Assembly: GCA_963831325.1 (NCBI GenBank) | Contig: CAWHQA010000038.1 | Coordinates: forward strand, 290,907-354,906 | Direction: 5' to 3' | Source: an uncultured Actinomycetes bacterium | GTDB taxonomy: Bacteria > Actinomycetota > UBA4738 > HRBIN12 | DNA length: 64,000 bases | Part shown: positions 18,271-27,364 of the stretch, one piece after another | How the letters are laid out: the number at the start of each line of letters is the position of its first letter | Numbering within the stretch: the first letter of the stretch is position 1 | Notes under the pieces: generated by a model | Told to the model about the DNA's origin: nothing | The model's database searches: none | The model's input: only the letters and a program-made list of their open reading frames with translations | Translations under genes and position numbers: made by a program

Positions 18271-19878
18271 ATGTCCGAGCGCAAGGTCGGGTCGGTCACG
18301 TACCGAGAGGTCGGTGAGGGCTACTTTGAGGAGCGGGGGCTCCGACGCCACGCCGGCGTCTGGTCCCTATGGGCGCTCGGGGTCGGCGCCGTCATCTCCG
18401 GCGACTACTACGGCTGGAACTTCGGTCTGTCCGTCGGCGGATTCGGTGGGCTGCTCTTCGCCACGATCGTCATCGCGATCATGTACTACGGGCTCTGCTA
18501 CAGCATCGCCGAGATGTCCCCGGCACTCCCGCACACCGGAGGCGCGTACTCGTTCGCGCGCTCTGCGATGGGACCGTGGGGCGGCTTCCTCACGGGCCTG
18601 GCCGAGAACGCCGAGTACGTGATCACAACCGCAGTGGTAGGCGGAGCGATCGCGCTCCTGGCGCAATCGGTGGTCGCCGATCTCTTCAACATCGTCGGCG
18701 ATCCGTTCTGGAACAGCGAGCCGTTCTGGTGGGCGGTCTTCTATCTCGTGTTCCTCGCGATCAACATCAGCGGCGTCGAGGCCACGTTCCGTTTCACCGT
18801 CGGCATCACGATCGTCGCGATGGGCATCCTGGTCGTGTTCTACGTCTCGGCGCTCGTGAGCGGAGAGTTCAGCCCGGACCTGTGGTTCAACATCGCCGAT
18901 GGAGGTGGCGAGGCGCCCGCAGGCGACGGCTCGTTCCTGCCGTTCGGTATCAGCGGCATCTTCAAAGCCTTGCCGTTCGCGATCTGGTTCTACCTCGCGA
19001 TCGAGGAAGTGCCGCTCGCAGCCGAAGAGTCGATGGACCCGCGGCGTGACGTGCCCAAGGGCACGATCCGCGGCATGCACACGTTGCTGCTGCTCAGCAT
19101 CGGCGTCCTGCTGCTCAACTCGGGTGTCGGGGGCGGCGCGCTCGCGATCGGTGAGTCGGGTACCCCGCTCTTCGACGGCTTCAAGGCCATCTTCGGCGAC
19201 AACACCGGCGCCGTGCTGCTCGGCATGATGGGGCTCGTCGGCTTGATCGCGAGCTTCTTCACGATCATGTACGCCTACGGCCGGAACACGTACTCGCTCT
19301 CACGGGCCGGGTATTTTCCGCAGTTCCTCTCGAAAACGCACAAGACACGGAGGACGCCGCACGTCGCGCTGATCGCGGGCGCCGTCGTCGGTTACGCCGT
19401 GCTGTGGGTCGTCTGGTACCTCGGCCGGCAGGAAGGAGACCTCGGCGCGCAGGTCGTGGCGGCGGTATTGAACATGGCTGTCTTCGCCGCGGTTCTCGCC
19501 TACGTGCTGCAGTGCCTGTCGTTCGTGCTGCTGCGGAAGAACCTGCCGAACATCGACCGGCCCTACGTGAGCAAGTGGGGCGTCGCCGGCGCCTACATCG
19601 CCGGCACGATCGCGCTCGTCGCGCTGGTGTCGATCTTCCTCAACGAGGACTACCGGCCAGGCGTGTACGGCGTCGCCGCGTACTTCGTGCTCGGAATCCT
19701 CTACTTCGCGATCGTGGGCCGGCACCGCCTGGTGCTGTCGCCCGAAGAGGAGTTCGCGTTGACCCAGGGCGAGCAGGGCGTGCCCGAGGCAGCGGGGTTC
19801 AGCTCCTCGGCGTCAGAGCAGGAGGCGATCCTGCGCGGGGGTGACGGCGGGTCGTCGGCACCGCCGCCGTCCGGTTAG
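18271..19878 (+). CDS. APC-superfamily amino acid/amine permease (ethanolamine-permease-like)
   Basis: 535 aa with about 12 TM segments. N-terminus RHAGVWSLWALGVGAVISGDYYGWNFG and LPFAIWFYLAIEEVPLAAEE are typical of the Eat/EutP-type branch. SD is GGGAGGGAGGG. Confidence 0.85.
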   Translation: MSERKVGSVTYREVGEGYFEERGLRRHAGVWSLWALGVGAVISGDYYGWNFGLSVGGFGGLLFATIVIAIMYYGLCYSIAEMSPALPHTGGAYSFARSAMGPWGGFLTGLAENAEYVITTAVVGGAIALLAQSVVADLFNIVGDPFWNSEPFWWAVFYLVFLAINISGVEATFRFTVGITIVAMGILVVFYVSALVSGEFSPDLWFNIADGGGEAPAGDGSFLPFGISGIFKALPFAIWFYLAIEEVPLAAEESMDPRRDVPKGTIRGMHTLLLLSIGVLLLNSGVGGGALAIGESGTPLFDGFKAIFGDNTGAVLLGMMGLVGLIASFFTIMYAYGRNTYSLSRAGYFPQFLSKTHKTRRTPHVALIAGAVVGYAVLWVVWYLGRQEGDLGAQVVAAVLNMAVFAAVLAYVLQCLSFVLLRKNLPNIDRPYVSKWGVAGAYIAGTIALVALVSIFLNEDYRPGVYGVAAYFVLGILYFAIVGRHRLVLSPEEEFALTQGEQGVPEAAGFSSSASEQEAILRGGDGGSSAPPPSG

Positions 19879-19954
19879 ACGAACATAGCGGTTGGATCGA
19901 GGGCGCGGCGGCCGGCAACGGCCGCCGCTTCCATGTAGGCAGCGAGGAGGGGTT

Positions 19955-21338
19955 ATGGAGCAGCAAGGCTTGCTCGACGCTGAAGAGCTCGAAGGACGTG
20001 CGAACGCCGGCGAGATCGACACCGTCCTCTGCATGTTCACCGATCTGCAGGGCCGGTTCATGGGCAAGCGGGTGCTCCCCGACTTCTTCCTCGAAGACAT
20101 TCTCGGGGCCCGAGGGACTGCACGCCTGCTTGTACCTGTTGGCTGTCGACATGGAGATGGAACCACTGCCCGGCTACGAGTACGCGAGCTGGGAGACCGG
20201 ATACGGCGATTTCCGCATGGTGCCCGACATGGCGACCCTGCGCATGTGTCCCTGGCTCGAGAAGACCGCCATGGTCATCTGCGACATCTACGAGGAAGAC
20301 TCCGACGAGCCCGTACGCGTAGCGCCCCGCCAGATCCTGAAGGACCAGCTCGCGAAGGCCGCTGAGATGGGCTTCACCGTGAAGACCGGGTCGGAGCTCG
20401 AGTTCTACCTGTTCAAGGACGGGTTCGACGAACTGGCCGAGCGGGGGTACCGCGACGTGCATCCGTCGAGCACGTACATCATGGATTACCACATGCTGCA
20501 GACCACCAAGGACGAGTGGATCATCCGCCAGATCCGTAACCACATGCGGGGCGCGGGCATCCCGGTCGAGTTCTCCAAGGGCGAGTTCGGCAAGGGCCAG
20601 CACGAGATCAACATCACGTATTCAGACGCGCTCTCGAACGCCGACCATCACTCGCTGTACAAGCACGGCGTGAAGGAGATCGCGGCGCTCAACGGCGTGT
20701 CAGCCACCTTCATGGCCAAGTGGACGATGGACGAGGCCGGCTCGTCGTGCCACCTGCATTCCTCGATCTGGAATGCGAAGGGCACGAAGAGCCTCACGTG
20801 GAGTGACAAGGGCGTCGGCAACATGACCGACGAGTTCCGGTGGTACCTGGGCGGCATCATGGCCACCGCGCGCGAGATGGCGTGGATGTTCGCCCCGACC
20901 GTGAACTCGTACAAGCGCTACCAGCTCGCGTCGTGGGCGCCGACCGCGATCGTGTGGAGCCGCGACAACCGAACCGCCGGTTACCGCACCGTCGGCGAGC
21001 ACGGAGGGTTCCGTGTGGAGTGCCGCATCCCCGGGGCCGACGCGAACCCGTACCTGGCCTTCGCCGCCACGGTCGCGAGCGGAATGTGGGGGATCGAGAA
21101 CAAGATCGAGCCTCCGCCTATCTTCGAAGGCAACGCATACGAGGCGAAGCGGGTTCCGCGGGTGCCGACGAGCCTGCACGAGGCGATCGACGTGTTCCGC
21201 AAGTCGAAGGCGGCCAAGGAGATGTTCGGCGACTTCGTCTACGGACACCTGCTCAACACCGCCGTGCAGGAGCAGTCGATCTTCGACAACCTCACCGTGA
21301 CCGACTGGGAACTCCACCGCTACTTCGAGCGAGGCTGA
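19955..21338 (+). pseudogene. Glutamine-synthetase-family gamma-glutamyl ligase (GlnA3/GlnA4/PuuA-like) with one +1 insertion
   Basis: N-terminus MEQQGLLDAEELEGRANAGEIDTVLCMFTDLQGRFMGKRV (ATG 19955, SD GAGGAGGGG) is in ORF 19892. The rest (EGLHACLYLLAVDMEM...KGEFGKGQHEINI...SSCHLHSSIW...NRTAGYR) is in ORF 19998..21338. The switch falls at the CCC run 20109..20111. Length is 3n+1. Confidence 0.8.
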
Positions 21339-21343
21339 CCTCG

Positions 21344-22258
21344 ATGCTCGAGCCGGCGCTCGACGCGATCCTGCGATCGGTGCCCGGCTGGGCCGAAGCA
21401 GAGTTCGACGTCGTGCCGCTCGATGGCGGCATCACGAACCGCAACTACGTGGTGACGGTCGGAGGCGTTCGGTACGTGTTACGCGTGCCGGGGCGAGACA
21501 CCGAGTTGCTCGGCATCGACAGGGCGAACGAGCACCGGGCCGCCGTGGTCGCGGCCGACGCAGGCGTCGGGCCCGAGGTCGTGGCGTTCTTGGCCGATAG
21601 CGGGTGTTTCGTGTCGCGGTTCGTCGAGGGCGCGCACGTGCCGGAAGAGGAGCTGCGCGTGGGCGATGTGCTGGAGTCGGTCGTCGCTTCGGTGCGGCTC
21701 CTGCATTCCTGTCCCCCGATCCCTTCGACGTTCCCGGTCTTCCGCATCGTGGAGCGCTATCGGGGGACGGCAGCGGAGCGGGGAGTCGCCGTCCCGCCTG
21801 CGTACGACGCAGCGCACGCATTGGCCGATCGCATCGAGGCGGCGTTCGCGACATCGCCGTCACCGCTCACGACGTGCCACAACGACCTGCTGAACGCGAA
21901 CTTCCTGCGCGACGGCGATCACGTGTGGATCGTGGACTATGAGTACGCAGGCATGGGAGACGTCTTCTTCGACCTGGGCAACCTCGCGGTGAACAACGGC
22001 CTCGACGACGACGCCCGCGAACGGCTGCTCCAGCACTACTTCCTCGGTGATGTGCTCGACCGGCATCGCGCGCGGCTCGCACTGATGATGCTCATGTCGG
22101 ACTTCCGCGAGGCGATGTGGGGAGTCGTGCAGCAGGCGATCTCGACGCTCGACGTCGATTTCGTCGACTACGCCGACCGTCACTTCTCGCGCATGCTCGG
22201 CAGCGCGAGGGCGCTCGCGCTCGAGGACCTGTTGGGAGCGGCCGCCGAACCGATCTAG
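21344..22258 (+). CDS. Choline/ethanolamine-kinase-fold phosphotransferase (APH superfamily)
   Basis: Start ATG 21344 (MLEPALDAIL). Motifs: GGITNRNYVV, Brenner motif HNDLLNANFL, and IVDYEYAGMGDVFFDLGN. Confidence 0.8.
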   Translation: MLEPALDAILRSVPGWAEAEFDVVPLDGGITNRNYVVTVGGVRYVLRVPGRDTELLGIDRANEHRAAVVAADAGVGPEVVAFLADSGCFVSRFVEGAHVPEEELRVGDVLESVVASVRLLHSCPPIPSTFPVFRIVERYRGTAAERGVAVPPAYDAAHALADRIEAAFATSPSPLTTCHNDLLNANFLRDGDHVWIVDYEYAGMGDVFFDLGNLAVNNGLDDDARERLLQHYFLGDVLDRHRARLALMMLMSDFREAMWGVVQQAISTLDVDFVDYADRHFSRMLGSARALALEDLLGAAAEPI

Positions 22259-22698
22259 GCGCGGGCTCCGACGAGCACGACATCAGTGCCCTCCTGCACG
22301 GGCTCGCCGCGCTGGTTCAGCACCCGGACATGCATCGTGACGACGCCGCGATCGGGCCTTGAGCGTGACCGGCGAACCTCGGTCACGGTCGACACCGTTC
22401 GGATGGCATCGTCCGCATGAACGGGAGCGACGAAGCGCCGCGTCGCTTCGAGATAGATGCCGAGCGACCAATCATCGGCCGAGGTCGATTGGCCGCTCGA
22501 GATCGACATGATCAGCAGGCCGTGCGCTATCGGGGCGTCATACGGAGATGCGCCGTCGACCGACGCAGGGTCGAGGTGCAGCGGATTGTTGTCGCCGGTC
22601 AGCTCGGCGAACGCGCTGATGTCGGCGGCCGTGATCGTGCGCGCCTCGGTCACGAGTTCGAGTCCGACCTCGATGTCTTCCAGGTGTACATGGCCCAC
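22255..22698 (-). CDS. MaoC-like (R)-specific enoyl-CoA hydratase/dehydratase
   Basis: Hot-dog fold motifs FAELTGDNNPLHLD and IAHGLLIMS. Start set at GTG 22698, preceded by SD AGAGGAG. Confidence 0.8.
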   Translation of the reverse strand: MGHVHLEDIEVGLELVTEARTITAADISAFAELTGDNNPLHLDPASVDGASPYDAPIAHGLLIMSISSGQSTSADDWSLGIYLEATRRFVAPVHADDAIRTVSTVTEVRRSRSRPDRGVVTMHVRVLNQRGEPVQEGTDVVLVGARA

Positions 22699-22747
22699 GG
22701 TCGCTCCTCTTCTGCGGTCCGAGGGTAGCAACAGCTAGCATCGGGTC

Positions 22748-23522
22748 GTGAACATCGCCGTGTTGGTCAAGTGGGTGCCCGAGCCCCAGGGCACGCCCAG
22801 GCTCGGCGAGGACCATCTGCTCGTGCGCGCGGGTGCCGACGGAGCGCTCGACCCCGGCGACGAGTACGGACTCGAGCGAGCGCTGCAGCTCGTGGAACGT
22901 GACGGCGGCGAGGTCGTGCTCGTCTCGATGGGGCCAGACGTCGCCGTCGCCGCCATGCAGCGCGGCGCTCGCGATGGGCGCGGCGCGCGGCGTGCTGGTG
23001 ACCGACGACTCGTTACGCGGCGCCGACACCCTGGTGACCGCGCGTGTGCTCGCTGCGGCGATCGGCTCCCTCGGCCCGGTCGATCTGATCGTGGCCGCGG
23101 TCGAGTCGACCGATGGGTACACGGGAACCCTGCCGATCACCGTCGCCGAGCTGCTCGGCTTGCCGAGCATCACGTTCGCGACGTCGCTCGATGTCGAGAA
23201 CGGCTCCGAGCTCCGGGCCGAGAGACAGACATCCGCCGGAACCGAGGTGATCTCATGCCCGATGCCGGCGATGGTCACCGTGACGACAGGGGTAGCGGAC
23301 CCCAGGTACCCAAGCCTCAAGGGGGTGATGGGTGCGAAGTCCAAGCCGATCGAACGGCCCTCGATCGCCGACCTCGGGCTCGACAGCGATTCCACGCGAC
23401 CGACCCAGACCATCGCCGCCGTCGAGGCCGCACCGGCGAAGACCGGTGGCCGGGTGATCGAGGCTGGTCCCGAGACCGCCGGCGAGATCGCGGATCTGCT
23501 GGCCGAGGCCAGGGTGATCTGA
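22748..23522 (+). pseudogene. etfB: Electron transfer flavoprotein beta subunit with one +1 insertion
   Basis: N-terminus MNIAVLVKWVPEP...LDPGDEYGLERALQLVE is in ORF 22748. The remainder ALAMGAARGVLVTDD...DLIVAAVESTDGYTGTLP... is in ORF 22833..23522. The extra base is near 22964. Length is 3n+1. Confidence 0.85.
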
Positions 23523-23523
23523 C

Positions 23524-24486
23524 ATGTCGGGTGTATGGATCTGGGCAGATGTCGACAGCGACGGCGTGGCGTCGTCCGCGCTCGAGCTGCTCACGAAAGC
23601 TCGAGCCCTGAGCGACGATGTGTCGGCGGTCACGCTCGGATCGGGCGCGGCGACGACCGCCGATGCGCTCGGCAACCACGGCGCCGCGCACGTCTACGCC
23701 TGTGATGACGAGCGGCTCGCCGAGCCAACCTCGCGCATCGCCGCCCACACGCTCGCCGCGCTCGTCGCCGCGCACGTCCCCGACGTCGTGCTGTTCCCTT
23801 CGTCGTATCGGGCGCGCGATGTCGCCGGACGACTCCAGGCCATCTCCGGCTCGACGCTCATGGCCAACGCCGTCGACCTGCCCTCGGTCGATCGGGCGCG
23901 TGCCGAGATCCTGGGCGGTACGACGATCGTGGAGGTCGCGCTCGACGGGCCGGCCCCCCACCTCGTGATGATGCGTCCGCGCGCATCCGAGCCCGAGGCC
24001 GTTGGCGGCACGGCCGCAATGATCGCGGTGGACGTGGTCGTTCCCGACGACCTCGTCGACGTCCGGGTGCTCGAGACGACCGAAGCGGCGGCGAGCGGTC
24101 CGAGCCTCGACAGCGCGAAGGTCGTGCTCGCCGGTGGGCGAGGGCTCGGCGGGCCCGAGGGCTTCACCCTGCTCGAGGAGCTCGCAGCCGCGATCGGCAG
24201 CACCGCTATCGGCGCATCGCGGGCCGCCGTCGATGCGGGATGGGTGCCCTACGCGATGCAGATCGGCCAGACGGGCTCGACCGTGAAGCCCGAGGTGTAC
24301 CTCTCGGCGGGGATCAGCGGGGCGTTGCAGCACGCCGTCGGGATGAAGGGCTCGCGCCGCATCGTCGCCATCACGAAGGATGCAGAGGCGCCGATCCTGC
24401 GACTGGCCGACCTCGGGGTCGTGGGCGACCTGTTCCAGGTGCTACCGGCGCTCACCGAGGAGGTCCGCCGACGGACCGGACGCTGA
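23524..24486 (+). CDS. etfA: Electron transfer flavoprotein alpha subunit
   Basis: 320 aa, intact. FAD-binding C-terminus: VVLAGGRGLG, IGASRAAVDAGWVPYAMQIGQTGSTVKPEVYLSAGISGALQH. Confidence 0.9.
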   Translation: MSGVWIWADVDSDGVASSALELLTKARALSDDVSAVTLGSGAATTADALGNHGAAHVYACDDERLAEPTSRIAAHTLAALVAAHVPDVVLFPSSYRARDVAGRLQAISGSTLMANAVDLPSVDRARAEILGGTTIVEVALDGPAPHLVMMRPRASEPEAVGGTAAMIAVDVVVPDDLVDVRVLETTEAAASGPSLDSAKVVLAGGRGLGGPEGFTLLEELAAAIGSTAIGASRAAVDAGWVPYAMQIGQTGSTVKPEVYLSAGISGALQHAVGMKGSRRIVAITKDAEAPILRLADLGVVGDLFQVLPALTEEVRRRTGR

Positions 24487-24515
24487 GCGCGGCACTCCTC
24501 GTCGCCGTGGTCGCC

Positions 24516-26462
24516 ATGGCGACGGCACTCGCGTGGCGCAGGGCGGCCCCGAGAGTCGCAACACTGCGAGCTGCTCGGCCCGATGACCCAGAACGAGCCG
24601 GTTCCACCGGCGAACGGGCAGCCCGAGAGCTGACTCGCGTCGTCGGACAGCGGAAGCTCTTCCAGAGGCTCGTCCCGGGGCTCATGCACGCCGCGATCTT
24701 CTGGGGCTTCGTGGTGTTGTTGCCCACGATCGTCGAGGCGGCCATCGCGATCGTCGACGCCAACGGGCACCTGCCGCTCATCGGAGACAACGTGGCGTTC
24801 GCCTGTATCGTCGACGTGTTCGCGGTGGCCGTGCTCGGAGGGGTCGCGACCGCAGTCGTCATCCGCAAGGTGCAGCGCCCGGATCGCTTCCGTGGATCGC
24901 ACCTCGGCGAGGCCGATCGCATCCTGCTCATGATCACCGCGATCGTCGTGTCGCTGCTGTTGTGGCAGGCGACCCGTGTCGCACTCGGGCTCACCGATGT
25001 CGAGGGACCGGTTTCCGGGTGGCTCGCGTCGTACTTCGACGGCATCGGCTCCGTGGCGCTTGAACGAGTCGAGCGTTCACTCGTCTGGATCCACCTGCTG
25101 CTCGTGCTCGGCTTCCTCGTCTACCTGCCCGGATCGAAGCACCTGCACATCGTCACAGCGGCCCCGAACGTGTGGTTCTCGAAGGCCGGCCCCGGCGGAC
25201 GACTCGAGCCGCTGCGCATCGACCTCGAGGGGCCAGAAGAAGACCTGCGCTTCGGTGCCGCTATCGCGACCGACCTGACCCGCAAGCAGACGCTCGACCT
25301 GTTCTCGTGCACCGAATGCGGCCGCTGCCAGGATGTCTGTCCCGCGTGGGCGACCGGCAAGCCGCTCAGCCCGAAGCTGCTGATCATGGGACTGCGCGAT
25401 CACGTCGTCGCGGCGTCGCCGGCCGGCCAAGTCGAGCTCCAGCCTCTCGTGCCGAACGCGGTCACCGACGAAGTGGTCTGGGACTGCGTGACCTGCGGCG
25501 CATGCGTGCAGGAGTGCCCGGTCGACATCGAGCACGTCGACACGATCGTCGATCTGCGCCGGCACCTCGTGATGGCCGAGTCCCGATTCCCGAACGAGGC
25601 AGGCGGGCTGCTGCGGGGCATCGAGGGCGCAGGTGAGAACCCCTGGAACCAGCCGGCGAGCGCCCGTATGGACTGGGCAGCGGGACTCGAAGTTCGGGTG
25701 CTCGCACCCGGCGACCCGGCGCCCGAGGTGCTCTTCTGGGTGGGTTGCGCGGGCGCCTTCGACGAGCGGGCCCGCGAAGCGACCCGCTCCACCGTGCGCC
25801 TGCTCCAGGCGGCAGGCATCGACGTCGCAGTGCTCGGCCAGCGTGAGTCGTGCACGGGCGACCCGGCGCGGCGCATGGGCCACGAGTTCCTGTTCCAAAC
25901 GCTCGCGGAGCGCAACGTCTCGACGCTGAACGAGGCCGGCGTCACGACGATCGTCGCGAGCTGCGCGCACTGCTTCAACACGCTCGCGAACGAATATCCA
26001 GACTACGGCGGCACGTACGAGGTCGTACACCACTCGGAGTTGCTCGCTCGCCTCGTCGGTGAGGGTCGCCTGCATCCATCTCGCGACTCGGTCGCCGTGA
26101 CCTATCACGACGCGTGTTACCTAGGGCGGCACAACGACAAGTACGACGCGCCCCGCGACGTGCTCGGCGCCGTGACCGGAAACCTCGAAGAGATGCCGCG
26201 GAATAGAGAGCGGGGGTTCTGCTGCGGCGCCGGCGGCGCGAAGTTCTGGATGGAGGAAGGCGGTGACACCCGCATCAACGACGCGCGCTTCGCGGAAGCC
26301 GCAGCCACCGGCGCCGACGTCGTCGCGACCGCGTGCCCGTTCTGCCTCGTCATGCTCGACGACGCCTCGAACGCAGCGGGCGAGGGCGGACCCACGGTCG
26401 CCGACGTCGCGACCCTGCTCGCCCGCTCGACCCTCGATCCCCCGACGGCAGCGGATAGCTAG
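24516..26462 (+). CDS. Membrane-anchored Fe-S oxidoreductase (NarI-like TM domain + 2x[4Fe-4S] + two CCG domains; EtfD/Rv0338c-like)
   Basis: Start set at ATG 24516 (GTG 24507 is an alternative), after the etfA stop. TM helices carry His residues (LMHAAIFWGF, LVWIHLLLVLGFLVYLPGSKHLHI). Ferredoxin motifs CTECGRCQDVCP and CVTCGACVQECP; CCG motifs ESCTGDP and GFCCGAGG. Confidence 0.8.
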   Translation: MATALAWRRAAPRVATLRAARPDDPERAGSTGERAARELTRVVGQRKLFQRLVPGLMHAAIFWGFVVLLPTIVEAAIAIVDANGHLPLIGDNVAFACIVDVFAVAVLGGVATAVVIRKVQRPDRFRGSHLGEADRILLMITAIVVSLLLWQATRVALGLTDVEGPVSGWLASYFDGIGSVALERVERSLVWIHLLLVLGFLVYLPGSKHLHIVTAAPNVWFSKAGPGGRLEPLRIDLEGPEEDLRFGAAIATDLTRKQTLDLFSCTECGRCQDVCPAWATGKPLSPKLLIMGLRDHVVAASPAGQVELQPLVPNAVTDEVVWDCVTCGACVQECPVDIEHVDTIVDLRRHLVMAESRFPNEAGGLLRGIEGAGENPWNQPASARMDWAAGLEVRVLAPGDPAPEVLFWVGCAGAFDERAREATRSTVRLLQAAGIDVAVLGQRESCTGDPARRMGHEFLFQTLAERNVSTLNEAGVTTIVASCAHCFNTLANEYPDYGGTYEVVHHSELLARLVGEGRLHPSRDSVAVTYHDACYLGRHNDKYDAPRDVLGAVTGNLEEMPRNRERGFCCGAGGAKFWMEEGGDTRINDARFAEAAATGADVVATACPFCLVMLDDASNAAGEGGPTVADVATLLARSTLDPPTAADS

Positions 26463-26483
26463 TCTCGTTCAGACTACCCGGCC

Positions 26484-27314
26484 CTATCGGAGCCTGATGA
26501 CGTTGCCGGTAACGAGGCTTGCCACATCAGAGCACAAGAAGCCAACGATCCCCGCCACCTCGTCGGGGGTCGCGATATGGAAGAGCACGTCGCTCCCAGC
26601 GACCGCCTCCTCGACCTCGGCCGTGACCCAACCAGTGTCGGTCACTGGCGGATGCACGATGTTCGCGGTGATGCCGACATCCGCGAGTTCATACGCGGCC
26701 GACATCGTGAAGTTCTCCAATGCTGCCTTCGCTGCTCCGTAGGAGACCTCCTCAGGGAAGCCGTCGGGTCCACCCGAAGAGAGGCCGACGATACGGCCCC
26801 AGGTTGCGCCGCGCTCTCGGTGTCGACGCGCGAACTCCGCCATCATGAGCGCAGATCCGCGTGCATCGACGGCGAAGACCTGATCGACGGTCGCCGCCGA
26901 CACCGACCGGAGGGAGCGACCCAAACGGTCCGATGACGCCTCCTTGAAGGTGTCCGCCACCCATCCGCTGGCGTTGTTGATGAGGATGTCGGCAGGACCA
27001 AGTCGAGCCTCAGCCTCATCGAAGATGCGGACGGCGCTCACTGCATCAGCAATATCCGCCTCGAGTGCGAACGCACGACCCCCGTAGTCGTCGATCGCAC
27101 GAACGACCTCAAGCGCGTCACCAGACCGCGCCAGTCGGTAGGCATCCTGCACTCCTGCTTTCTCCTCATCGTGCTGGCGCATGTACGTCAACATCACGGC
27201 TGCGCCGAAGCGGGCGAGGTTCCGAGCTACTGCGGCGCCGATGCCATGATTCGCCCCTGTGACAACTGCGACATGACCCGACAGATCGATGCGAAGATCG
27301 GGAACGTTGGACAC
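26484..27314 (-). CDS. SDR-family oxidoreductase
   Basis: 276 aa: VAVVTGANHGIGAAVA, NNASG, YGAAKAALE. Confidence 0.85.
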   Translation of the reverse strand: MSNVPDLRIDLSGHVAVVTGANHGIGAAVARNLARFGAAVMLTYMRQHDEEKAGVQDAYRLARSGDALEVVRAIDDYGGRAFALEADIADAVSAVRIFDEAEARLGPADILINNASGWVADTFKEASSDRLGRSLRSVSAATVDQVFAVDARGSALMMAEFARRHRERGATWGRIVGLSSGGPDGFPEEVSYGAAKAALENFTMSAAYELADVGITANIVHPPVTDTGWVTAEVEEAVAGSDVLFHIATPDEVAGIVGFLCSDVASLVTGNVIRLR

Positions 27315-27364
27315 GAGATCTCCCTTTCGATGGCCAGCGGCTGCACAGGGTGCCCATGTTCGGT

